Made by a program: the position numbers and the translations under genes. From positions 289,106,001 to 289,170,000 of the forward strand of contig OZ024743.1 of assembly GCA_964016885.1 (NCBI GenBank): a DNA stretch of 64,000 nucleotides, read 5' to 3'. The stretch comes from Eledone cirrhosa. Taxonomy: Eukaryota. The notes beneath the pieces were generated by a model that saw nothing but the letters and a program-made list of their open reading frames with translations, searched no databases and was not told the DNA's origin. Positions 41,366 through 53,999 of the stretch are shown here, piece after piece; within the stretch, counting starts at the first letter, position 1, and each line of letters opens with the position of its first letter.

Positions 41366-42994
41366 TGTGTGTGCACATATATATATTTATACATATATAC
41401 GTACATACATACATACTTAAATTTGTGGATATGTGCGTATGTACCAAAACATTTTATTACTTGCTAAAATACTAAAATATAAATAAGAATGAGATGAAAT
41501 CGTACAGATTTCTATCTAGTTTACTAATACAGTGGGATTTTAACGGCTCCCTTTCACTTCAGTTGTTTAATTAATCGCGGCTTTATGTCTGTAGATGTGG
41601 CAAATTTTCTCGTCGTCTTGTGTAAACACGAATTCGTTGTGGACGCCATTTCTAGCGCCTTCAAAACAGTTTATTTGCATAAGACGTAGTAAATGTAAGT
41701 AAACTATACTAACACGGAGATATACTTCCTGTAAGCTATTTAAGGTCTAGTTCAACAGTAGCAGTTTGACAGTGTTTGAATTAACAATTAGAGAAAATTG
41801 AAAGAAACGCAACACTCACATATATATGACACATGCACACATGCACATACATACAAAGTACATTCACATAGATACATTCACAGATACACACATATACACC
41901 CATAGACACACACATGTGGACACATGTAAAATGAAGATTTTCAAACCATTCTTTCACATACTTTAGATATAAAGATGCATGCAGACATGCACACACGCGC
42001 AACACGCACATACTTGCACGCATGCACATATACACATACATAAATACATACACAAATACACACATGTACACATACACTCACACACATGCTGGAAGCATGT
42101 AATATCAAAGTTTCCAAACATTACCATTCTTTCATGTACCCTAAATACAAAGATGCAGGCACACTCGAAATAAGCAAGCATTCACTTACTTACTCGTGCA
42201 CACACGCACTTACACCCACACACATAATCACGCTACTAAGGACACTGGAACACTCACATATTCACTCGGCGGAGATACACACTCAAACAATTATGCTCTC
42301 TCTCTCTTTATATATATATATCGCTTTCTATCTATCTAGCTATCTCTTCCACACATAGGCACATACACATTCAAGTAATTCAAAGACTTACACTCTCCCA
42401 CATACCATCAATAGAAACATGAATGAATAGTGAATATAGCAAAACACTAACACACACAGATACACACATACACACAAACACATAATCTCTCTCTCACCCC
42501 TCTCACTTTCTCTCTCTCCATCCCTCTCTCTTTCTCTTTCTCTGGCGGTTTATAGAGACACAGTGGAAATGCAATCGAACACACATTAATATATCGTACA
42601 GGCACACACTTACGCATAGACTTATGGACACTTTAACGTGTAAGCATGGCCACACATCCACACACAAGTATATGATTATATGAAATTTGCTGTAAGTCAG
42701 GATTTAACATTCACTGGTATATGCACAAAAACACTGGCGTACACATACACAAAGACAGATGGACTCATAAGAACACAAACAAGCATGCACACATATAGAG
42801 ATGTATACGCGAATGCATCCCTCTATATGTATAGAGGGATGGATACACGGGCATATAGATAAGCCTTATGTGTTGACATATGTGAAAGGGGTGTCAATGA
42901 ACAGACATAAAATGGATGTGTGTATATACTTACGTACGTATGTATGTATGTATGTATGTATGTATGTATATATGTATGTATATATGTATGTATG

Positions 42995-43535
42995 TCGGGT
43001 CACTCTTGAGTGCTACTGGTAACATGTAACCCAGTACAACCTGTCGTATGGTCGGGTCGTCGGCGACTAAACCGGCAACCCCACCAAGTTTACTTGGTGA
43101 GGAGGGTGATTTTGGACACCCTGCAGGACAAACAACAAAACCTGACAAAGAGCGGAAAAACTCATAAGAGTCAACGGCCATCCGAAGTGTGTAAATATGT
43201 ATATACACATGTACCGTGCGGTTAAACCACTGCGAGTGAAGGACCCCTAGACATTGTCAGGGCATCCTTCTAGGAGAAGGCAAATCAGGAAACTGGGATA
43301 ACTCCGATATAAAACCTGCGGCTCAATAGTTACCAATGATGTTGATCTTTTCTTCTTTTCGGGTTATAGCTACTGTCGCTCAGAGAGTGGGATTGGCTCA
43401 GTGCACAGTCTTTCCTCACTTTAAAAAATATCTTCACTCACAGGCATTGCACTATAGAATTAATTAATAATTATTAATAATGGTATATCATGCAATGGCC
43501 ATACTCGATAACGAGGGGGCAGCCATCATGTATGT
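42995..43535 (+). mobile_element. Family E non-autonomous retroposon (RTE-type), full length
   Basis: Three copies in the window. (TATG)n tail, 3' hairpin ctcg-ataa-cgag, structured 5' end. Confidence 0.75.
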
Positions 43536-43992
43536 ATGTATATTTATAACAAAGAAATAGTTTATCGCTCTACATAGCTGAATACAATAAATGTAATCTG
43601 AGTTTTTTAATATTAATAACAATATTCGAATCGTTTGCAATTATGCAAACAATCTCTTTAAAGCCATGTCAGTGGAATGAGCCTGTCATTCTTGCTCTTT
43701 TGTTGGCATGTAAACAGAACTGCAGCCACTAATGTTGCTGGATGATTATCCTTCATCAGTACAGTATAATGCTTACCTTCCAACTGTCAGAGCTACATAT
43801 ATATATATTTATATATATACTTATATATATAGTTTTTGTCGGGTTGCAATTAAATGGAATGTTTTGAATACACAAGACTGAGGACTTGTGAATGCAGAGT
43901 CGGGTTCGATCTGTAACAGATCCTGATCGACGGAGAAACACATGTAATATGTTGATAAATTGTGTTTTGATGCAATACTGATTCCTCGTTAT

Positions 43993-44052
<60 letters not shown>

Positions 44053-44057
<5 letters not shown>

Positions 44058-45205
44058 GGAAAAAATGAAACGAAATTTCATTTCTCACTCTTAGTACGGC
44101 TGTTACTTAAATATAGGGTATGTATACGTAAATACATATATGTATACAGACGTACAGTAGTATGTATATATATACATACATGCACGCATATATATATATG
44201 TACGTATGGATTCACTGAACATTTATTATAATACTCGGTTTGTTTGTGAACAAACATCCAGAATTAAGTCGTTCCATGTTTAGAAACCATCGTTGCCCTT
44301 TTGTTCAACACTGACAAAGGAAAGATGTACTACTTTGAAGCTTATTAGCTATCGTCAGCACCGTATACCTTCCTGCCAGATGATTGAACGTCTGAAAGTA
44401 TATACTTTCCTTATTAACGGCTGAGCAACTCAATTTGCATATCGAGTGAGTTAATCGGCCCGGCGCACCAAAACGATAAATGGAAAAAATGAAACGAAAT
44501 TTCATTTCTCACTCTTAGTACAGCTGTTACTTAAATATAAGTATGTATACGTACATATTATATATGTATACAGACGTACAGTAGCTAATAAGCTTGAAAC
44601 TAGTACATCGTTCCTTTGTTAGTGTTGAACAAAAGGGCACCGATGGTTGCTAAACACTGTACGGCTTAATTCTGGATGTTTGTTTACAAACAAACCGAGC
44701 ATTATAATAAATGTTTGGTGAATCCATATGTACATATATATATGTGTGCATGTATGTATATATATATTTACTACTGTACGTCTGTATACATATATGTATG
44801 TACGTATATATACTTATATTTAAGTAACAGCTGTACTAAGAGTGAGAAATGAAATTTCGTTTCATTTTTTCCATTTATCGTTTTCGGTGCGCCCGGCCGA
44901 TTAACTCACTCGATATGCAAATTGGGCTGCTCAGCCGTTAATATGCATAAAGAAAGTATATACTTTCAGACGTTCAATCATCTGGCAGGAAGGTATACGG
45001 TGCTGACGATAGCTAATAAGCTTGAAACTAGTACATCGTTCCTTTGTCAGTGCTGAACAAAAAGGGCAACGATGGCTGCTAAACACTGTACGCCTTAATA
45101 CGGGATGTTTGTTTACAAACAAACCGAGCGTTATAATAAAGGTTCGGTTAATCCATACGTACATATATATATATATGTGTGCATGTATGTATATATATAT
45201 ATATG
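44053..45205. mobile_element. Family B retrozyme-like array, fold-back
   Basis: Monomer about 430 bp. HHRs at about 44323-44363 (minus), 44582-44610 (partial) and 44998-45038 (plus). Flip at about 44581. Confidence 0.9.
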
Positions 45206-45837
45206 TATATATATATATAGTCCCATATTTTCTTATCCAAAACATCTCAGTATTGATAATGGTATTTATGATGATGACGATTATAATGAAAATATGCATA
45301 TAAACATACATCATCATATACATGCATGCGTTTATATGAGGGCAATGATTGATTAGGACTGCAATGAAAATTCAGTTTACGCAGGGGCCGACTGCGATAG
45401 ATCCATATATGTTTTAATTGGCAGAGATATTAGAGCATAGGACAATTCTGCCACGACACTGACACATTGACAATTCCTCCAATTTCACTTTAAATATACC
45501 TTGCAATATTTCTTATGTCCTTGCACCCCAAGTTCATATCCCAGATAATCAACTTTATTTATCAGCCTTTTGTGGTCGTCGAGAAAATAACATACAAGTG
45601 CAGGTGGGTAGACTGACAGAATTGTTCAACTGTTCCCATATGTGTTCAAGATCTTTGCGTTTTGAGTTCAAATGACGCACAGAGTAATGGCATTTATAAT
45701 ACCTCACCTAATTTAACACCACACTGTGGCCCTGGGTTTATTTAACGGAGTCCACCCTTTGGGGATCTTTTTCGAAAGGTTTTTGGTTTAAAAACACACA
45801 AACATTCCTACCGATATCTAATTCTCTCTCTCTCTCA

Positions 45838-46098
<261 letters not shown>

Positions 46099-46183
46099 GA
46101 AAAATTGAACAGGGACAGAACAGAGAGGCAGTACGATAAATGTTTATTAAATTCACGCTCAGGAGAGTGGGGGGTAGGTGGGG

Positions 46184-46217
46184 GACGACGTTTCAGGCAT
46201 AAGCCCTTCTTCAGGTG
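46184..46217 (-). ncRNA. Minimal type I hammerhead ribozyme in the PLE pLTR
   Basis: cac-CTGAAGA-A-GGGC(ttat)GCCT-GAA-ACGT-C-gt. PLE pLTRs are known to carry such minimal HHRs. Confidence 0.8.
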
Positions 46218-47060
46218 AGAAGTGTGTGGGAACAGAGTTCAAAAGGTGTGTAGGGGAGTGGTGGAGAGACATATAGCAAAAGGAAACGGTGCGAATGAAA
46301 AATTGACAAATAAAGACAAAAATATAATAAATAATAAATAAAAATAAAGCATGATCAAAATACAAGGAATGAGAAAATTTAAAAATAAAGGCATGATAAA
46401 CTGAAATTTAAAGGGGGTTAAACAGGTGGTGGAAGGGTGTGGGGTGAGTAGGGGTGGTGGCGGGTGGAGTGGGGAGAGGGAGACGGGGTGTCCGAGCGGG
46501 GAGGGCTGAAGGTGGTGTGTGTGGTTAGGTGTGCGTGTGTGTGTGTGTGTGTGTATGTGAAAGTGAGGGTTGGGGGAAGAACGGGGTTGCATGTTCAGGA
46601 AGGTGTGTGTGGGGGGTGTTTTTGTGGGTCGGAGGGTCTGTGCGTGTGTGGATATGGGGTGGGGGGGGAGAGGAATCAGGAGGCTGAGGGTCTAAATATG
46701 TGGTGGGAAGCACGTGTGTGGTTTAAGCGTGTTGTGGGTGTGGGTGGCGTGTGGATAAAAAAAAATTTGGGGTGTGTGTGTGTGGGTGAGTTATATAGGT
46801 GATGGTGTAAGAGGATGGTTGAAAAGTTGGTAAGTTACACGGATGTTTGGAGATTTTGGTTAGAAGTCAATAACGCGTGTGGGTAATCCAAGAAGCGGTG
46901 GTCGGAAGAGGAGAGATGTGGGGTGCGCGCGCAACAGGAAGTGGTCAGCAGTGGAAGTGATGTGGTCAGTTGGTGCTGAGACAGTGGTCGGAAGGGCATA
47001 GCAGCAGTCGGCGGAATGGTAGGGAGGCGAGGATGGGTAGGTGTGAGAGTTGGAGTGAGG

Positions 47061-47127
<67 letters not shown>

Positions 47128-47309
47128 TAAGGAGGGGGAGGAGGAGAAGAGGGGAGGGAAGGGATGTTAGTATGTTAGTTGGGGAAGGGTGGTCAGATGA
47201 GGGGTGGAGTGGAGGTGTTAGTATTGTTAGTGTGGGGTGGGCGGTGAAAGGAGGGGTGTGTTAGTGGTGTTAGTGGGGGATAAGTGTGGGGGGAGGGGGC
47301 GGTCGAACG

Positions 47310-49742
47310 CTAAAGGAATAAGGGTGGGGAGTTCAGGCCGGGGGGAGTGTGGGTCTGTAAGATGAAGATAGTGCGTTGTTCGACCGGAAAGGCGATGGGC
47401 GGGTGTTCCGTGGCACTGGAGTAGGCCACAGACTGTGAGATGGCGTACGGAGTGTCCAGGGCCACCAAAGTGGCGGGCGATGGGGGAACTGCCCCCGAGA
47501 CGAATATCCCGGAGGTGCTCCGTGACTCGGTCCGCCAGGCGACGTCCCGTCTGTCCGACATAAGTCGCGCTGCACTCCGTGCAACGAAGTCCGTAGACTA
47601 GGTTGGAGGAGGTGCAGCCGAAGGCATGCCGGACCGAGAGAGGGTGGCCGTTGGGACCCTGGAAGGTGGTGGTGTTGGTGATGTGGGGACAGGTGTTGCA
47701 GCGGGGCCTAGAACAGGGGAAGGAACCAGGGGGGGGGAACGGAGCGTGGGTTGGGCGGTAGGGAGCTGTGGACGAGGAGGGTGCGGAGATTGCGTGCGCG
47801 TTTGAAGGAGGGGAGTGGTGGGGTTGGGAAGATGTGGGAGGTGGAGGGGTCGGACTGGAGGCGTCGGAAGAGGTGGCGGATGGTGCGGTGGAGGGGTAAG
47901 TTGGAGGGGTGGTAGGTGATGGGGAAGGGGAGACGGTGGGTGGGTGTGCGGTGGCGTGGGGTGAGGGTGCTGGAGCGGGGGATAGCACGGGTGCGGGTGA
48001 GAGCGGTGTGGACGAGAGAGGGGGGTAACCTCTGCGGATGAAATGGCTGACTAGGGAAAGGGCCTGGGACTCGAAGTCAGCATCTCGGCTACAGAGGCGG
48101 CGGATCCTGAGAAGTTGGGAGTAGGGAATGGAGAGTTTAGTGTGGGTGGCGTGGGAAGAGGTGAAGTCGAGGTAAGAGTGGGAGTCGGTAGGTTTGAAGA
48201 AGGCGGAGGTGACGAGGGAGTGGTGGGAGGGGTCGAAGGCGACGGAGATGTCCAAGAAGTGGACGTGGGTGGTGGAGATAGAGGTGGTGAAGTGGAGGGA
48301 GGGGTGGAAGGAGCAGAAGAAGGAGAGAAAGGAGTCGAGCTGTACTCGGGTGAGGGTCGTGGCTCCGATACAGTCGTCAATGTAACGACCGTACAGTTCG
48401 GGCGTGGGGCCGGTGTACTAGGCAAAGATTTGGGCCTCAACATGGCCAACAAAAAGGTTGGCATAGTTCGGGCCCATTCTTGTGCCCATGGCTACCCCCG
48501 TGACCTGTTGGTAAAACTCACCCGAGAAGGAGAAACAATTTAGGGTGAGGACCAGCTCGGCGAGGCGAAGGAGGGTGGGGGTGGATGGAATGGGGGAGGG
48601 GCGAAGGTCGAGGTAGTGTTTGAAGGCGCGAAGGCCGTCGGCGTGGGGGATGACGGTATAGAGGGACTTGATGTCTAGGGTGAAGAGGAATGGCTGAGGG
48701 CCGGGTAGGTAGGTGAAGGAGTCGAAAAGGCGCAGGGCGTGGTTGGTGTCAGAGATGTGGGAGGGGAGGGTGGTGACAAGTGGGGCGAGGAGGGAGTCGA
48801 GAAAGGCGGAGATGAGTTCGGTGGGGCAGTTGCAAGCGGAGACGATGGGGCGGCCGGGGTTGTCGGGTTTGTGGAGTTTGGGGAGGAAGTAGATGGTGGG
48901 GGTGCGGGGGGTGCGGACGATGAGGTGGGAAGCGGTGGGGGGGAGGAGGGAGGAGGCGATAAGGTCTTTGATGGTGGAGGAGACTTGTTGTTGGTAGAGG
49001 GGGGTGGGATCGGAGGGTAGAGGGCGGTAAAAGAGGGGGTTACAGAGCTGCCTGAGGGCTTCGGCCGTGTAGAGGTCCGCGCGCCATACCACCACGGCGC
49101 CTCCCTTGTCCGCCGGTTTGATGACGATGTCATCTCGGCTACGGAGGGAGCGGAGAGCGAGGAGTTCGCGCCGTGAGATGTTGTGCCGTTTGGAACGGTG
49201 GCGGAAGTCGAAACGATTTTGGGTCGGGGGAGAGGTGGAGAGTGGTGGGCGTATGGGGATGGGCGGGTGGTGGTGGATGGGGGGGAGTGAGTGTAGCTTG
49301 CGGGCTTTGGTGGAGCTGAGGAACGAGAAGAGGTTGTGGTTGAGGTTGTGGATGAAGGAGAGGATGGCTTGGGCGAGGAGGGGGTGGCAGGTGGAGTAAA
49401 GCGGAGGAGGGTGGGGGTCAGTTGGTGGTCAAGTAGGCGGAGGGTGGAACGGGAGGCGCGGATGGAGTTGCGCATCAGAAGGCGTGAGGATCGGGGGAGG
49501 ATACGTTGCGTGGAGGGGGAAGCAGCGGGGGAGGGGTGGAAGTGTAGACGGAAGCCGAGGAGGATAAGGTGGAGGCGGAGGCAGTGGCTGAGGAAATGGA
49601 TGTGGCTGGAGTGCCGGGTTTTGGCGAAGAGAAGGTAGGAGAGTTGAAGGGCGAAGGGGAGATAGCAGGGTTGAAGGAGGGGGGTGAGGAAAAGTTTGAG
49701 GCGATTGTGGAGTTGGTGGAGAAAGGATCTCAGGTTGGCCAT
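47310..49742 (-). pseudogene. PLE ORF (RT plus GIY-YIG) with one stop and several frameshifts
   Basis: HIHFLSHCLR, KPADKGG, YFLPKLHK..PGRPIVS, LDIKSLYT, GVAMGTRMGP, RYIDD (48373-48387), FLD, CSRPRCNTC, NLVYGLRC..C...YVGQTGR. TAG at 48418-48420. Confidence 0.92.
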
Positions 49743-50292
49743 GATGGGCGTTGGGTGAAAGCAGGGGGAGGGATGAGAGGGCGGGGGTGTGAAGCGGGGT
49801 GGAGTGAACGAAGGGGTGAGTGCGAAGGATAGGCAGAGACGGGGAAGGGAAAAGGAACAGAAAAACGTAGGGAGGGGGGGGGAGTAAACACCGGAAAATT
49901 AAAGACAAAAAATCATAAAGGTAATAACACAGGCGATCGTGAACAAAAAATCATAGAAATACAATTGTAAGAACACAATCTTCATATATATATAAATATA
50001 TATATATCCATCCATTCACAGAAATATAGTATCTATATATGCAAACAATTTTATGCGCGTATGGATGTACATTTTGTGTGCGTCTTCATATATAAGACCA
50101 AATGCTGTTGATAGGGGTTTCTGTTTGAAAACACAAGGAAAAACTACTCAGTTAAAACATATTATATATAGATTTTATTAGTGAGATTTGATAGTTGCAA
50201 TTTTGAGTACTACGGTAATAAAATATAATATAAGTATTTAATTTAAGTTTATATATTAGGAGAGAGTATTTTTATATTTAAGTGAACTAAGG

Positions 50293-50348
<56 letters not shown>

Positions 50349-50357
50349 TATATATAT

Positions 50358-51250
50358 CTTCTTCGCCCAAGTATTCCTGAGAGGGTCGTGGGGCATGAGT
50401 CCTCAAACACTTCTTCTATATAGTTCTGTAAGAAACACCTATCTCCAACTGATCTGTCAGGGTCCTCAAGCAACAACAGCCAAGCTTATATGCCTTTTCT
50501 AGTAAAAAATATATACCTCTTGGCAATACTCCCACGATGTCTCAAGGGGCCTGTGCAGTGTGAATATTTAGTTGGCTGTGTACCGTCCAGGCCCAAAACC
50601 GCACTGTTCATCAGATATCTTGGATTCGACATCTAGATGGCAAACAATTGACAGCTCAGCCCCTCTCTTAACATGAACATCCACCACAGAATCGAACACA
50701 ATCAATTATTGACATATGTCCCTGATTTCCCTTATATCATGTTTATTCATGGATGTCCCTGTGGTGGAAGAAGGTATTCATAATAGTGTCCATTGCTGAA
50801 AGAGAAATCTGATAATGTCTTCCCATTCGTATTTCAATCGGGGTCACCGTTTCTTCCAATTACTTCTTTCCATGTCAGATCGTCAATGCCAACCTGTGTA
50901 TTCAAGTTTCCCATCAGGATATATCACTCAGTTCTAACTACATCTAACGCTGCAGGGAGTTCATCAAAGAAGGATCTGTATTCGGACTCCTTGTATGGTA
51001 CATAAACTTGTACCACCCACAGAGACCTATCTTTCAGCCTAATCTTCAAGAAGTAAATCCTCCCTTCTAAAGGGATCCAGTCAAAAACATATTCTGAGTA
51101 TTGTGAGTATTCCATTTTCCACCCATGCAGTCACTTCTCGCGCCACCCATGATTAGTAGACTTTCCGTAATCCATCCAAATCTACAGTATCTTTCAAACA
51201 GGTCCCCGTGCCTAAGACTTGTACATGTCCCTTCTTAAGCCGCACGAAGG
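50358..51250 (-). mobile_element. RTE-like LINE fragment, APE endonuclease relic
   Basis: VVQVYVP...EYRSFFDEL..ALD...ILMGNLNTQVG.D..TWKEVIGRNGDPD and NTFFHHRD.H. Confidence 0.75.
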
Positions 51251-51314
51251 ACAATGCTATTTGTTTCTTTTTCTTTCCTTTCACCATACTGCATTTTTGG
51301 TGGTTTATTTGCTC

Positions 51315-51858
51315 GGAGGTGGATTGGCAGTATCGGTAGAGGGTCGGACGCCATGCTTTCCAGCATAGTTACGTCCCTTTACGATCTGAGTTCAAATCCC
51401 GCCGAGGTTGACTTTGCCTTTCATCCTTACGTGGTCGATAAAATAAAGTACCAGTAATGCACTGGGTAATTGCTGGCCTTGTGCCTAAAGTAGAAACAAT
51501 TATTTGCTCGGAGGGATTTGAACTCAGATCATATAGAGTTACCTCCCTGTATGATCTGAATTCAAATCCCGCCGAGGTTAACTTTGCCTTTCATCCTTCC
51601 GGGGTCGACAGAATAAAGTACCAGTAATGCACAGGGTAATTGCTGGCCTTTGCCAAAAGAAGAACAAATTATTTGCTTGGCAGTATCGGTAGAGGGTCGG
51701 GCGCCATGCTTTCCAGCATAGTTACGTCCCTTTACGATCTGAGTTCAAATCCCGCCGAGGTTGACTTTGCCTTTTATCCTTACGGGGTCGATAAAATAAT
51801 GTACCAGTAATGCAGTGTTTAATTGCTGGCCTTGTGCCTAAAGTAGAACCAATTATTT
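51315..51858 (+). mobile_element. Tandem trimer of the tRNA-derived SINE
   Basis: Three cores, each ending aattatttgc. The middle copy has an inverted 5' part. Confidence 0.9.
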
Positions 51859-52134
51859 GCGCCAGTCGCCAATATGGTACCCCCAAGCATATATATATAT
51901 ATATATATATCCAGACACAGAAAACTTAACGACAGTTATATGTAGCTAATTTAAATAATAAAATAAAGTCCCTCCTAATATACAAAACTTAAATTTGTGT
52001 ACATGAATAACATAGCTTAGTTATTGCCTTAAATTATATTTACATATTTAGCTGAGTGTGGAAAATAAATATTTTTCCGATAGCATTGCTTGTAATGAGA
52101 TTTTAGTGAAAGTACGAGTGTTATTTCTGTTTGT

Positions 52135-52657
52135 TTCTTCTTCTTCTTCTTCTTCTTCTTCTTCTTCTTCTTCTTCTTCTTCTTCTTCTTCTTCTTCTTC
52201 TTCTCCTCCTCCTCCTCCTCCTCCTCCTTCTCCTTCTCCTCCTCCTCCTCCTCCTCCTCCTCCTTCTCCTTCTCCTCCTCCTCCTCCTACTCCTCCTCCT
52301 ACTCCTCCTCCTACTCCTCATCATCATCATCATCATCATCACCCCCCTCCTCCCCCCTCCTCCTCTTCCTGCTCCTCCTCTTTCTTATTCTTCTTCTTCT
52401 TCTTCTTCTTCTTCTCCTCCTCCCCCCTTCCTCCCCCCCTCATCACCCCCCATCCTCCTCCTCCTCCTCATCCTCCTCCTTCTTCTTCTTCTTCTTTTTC
52501 TTCTTCTTCTTCTTCTTCTTCTTCTTCTTCTTCTTCTTCTTCTTCTTCGTCTTCGTCTTCTTCTTCTTCTTCTTCTTCTTCTTCTTCTTCGTCTTCGTCT
52601 TCTTCTTCTTCTTCTTCTTCTTCTTCTTCTTCTTCTTCTTCTTCTTCTTCTTCTTCT
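52135..52657. repeat. Compound (TTC)n/(CCT)n/(CAT)n triplet microsatellite
   Basis: Seen directly. Confidence 0.95.
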
Positions 52658-52761
52658 ACAAGTATACATACATAATCCTTACACGCATACGTACATACAT
52701 GGATTTAGACATCGAAAAATACATTCATATGGCCATAATTATATATCTATCTATCTATCTA

Positions 52762-52859
<98 letters not shown>

Positions 52860-52871
52860 CATATATATATA

Positions 52872-52985
52872 TTTCGTTTCTGAATTTGTTTAGCAAGAAA
52901 CTTTATCTGAAATCGTGTGAATAAATTGAAGTGAAAGTAACTGGTGCGTGTGTTTCTTATTGGCAACATGACCCTCCCAAAGTAT

Positions 52986-52991
<6 letters not shown>
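52872..52991. repeat. Minimal fold-back remnant of the Naiad-like PLE terminus
   Basis: Left part matches 2476-2525 and right part matches 3573-3645. Confidence 0.8.
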
Positions 52992-53073
<82 letters not shown>

Positions 53074-53698
53074 ATGAATAAAGTTAGTCCTTCATCAGTG
53101 ATCTTCAACCATCATTGGTATTTCATCGCTTTAAAGACCATATACCTCCGGTTGGTGCGAGCAACGGCTAAAAAAAGTCGTTGGGACACGTAAATAAAGG
53201 GAACACGAGTGTAAACAAACAAAAATGGTGAAGCAACGAAAAGTGAGGAAGAAGGAGTCAAGTCCCAAATTTCTATGAATTTAAATTCGGTGAAATCGTG
53301 AACGAGAGAGAATAAAGACCATCAAACCTGGTTGGAATGTGAGCAAGGAAGGAATTCCGTACAGGTCTAATGGGAGGAAGAAGGGATCTAGTCTGTGATT
53401 TCGCTGAACGTAAGTTCTGTGAAATCGTAGACGAGAGAGAGAAAAAAAGCGACCTGCCAGACCAAGGGTGCGAAAGAAAAGAATTACGCACAGGTCAAAC
53501 GGGAAGAAGGAGGAGGAGGAGGAGAGGTAGTAACATAGAATGAGTGAGTGAAGGGTGAGGAAGAGGCTAACAGAGAGAGTGACTGCTAGAGAGGGTAAAG
53601 ATACAGAGAAAGATACAGAACGAAATAGACGTGTAACAGCGGGGAAAAAAATATGTGTAAATATGAGAAAACCCCGCAGCACGTTTTTCTCATATATA

Positions 53699-53770
<72 letters not shown>

Positions 53771-53809
53771 TGTCCATATGAATGCATATGTGTATATATA
53801 TATATATAT

Positions 53810-53914
53810 AAAGGGAAAAAATGAAACGAAATTTCACTTCTCACTCTTAGTACGGCTGTTACTTAAATATAAGTATATATGCGTACATACATATATGTAT
53901 ACAGACGTACAGTA

Positions 53915-53999
<85 letters not shown>

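Noticed and set aside
48418-48420. Selenocysteine or readthrough in the PLE ORF
   Set aside because: The stop is TAG, not TGA, and fits a simple CAG-to-TAG mutation.
52058-52883. Poly-S/P, poly-L and poly-R ORFs
   Set aside because: Open frames produced by triplet microsatellites.
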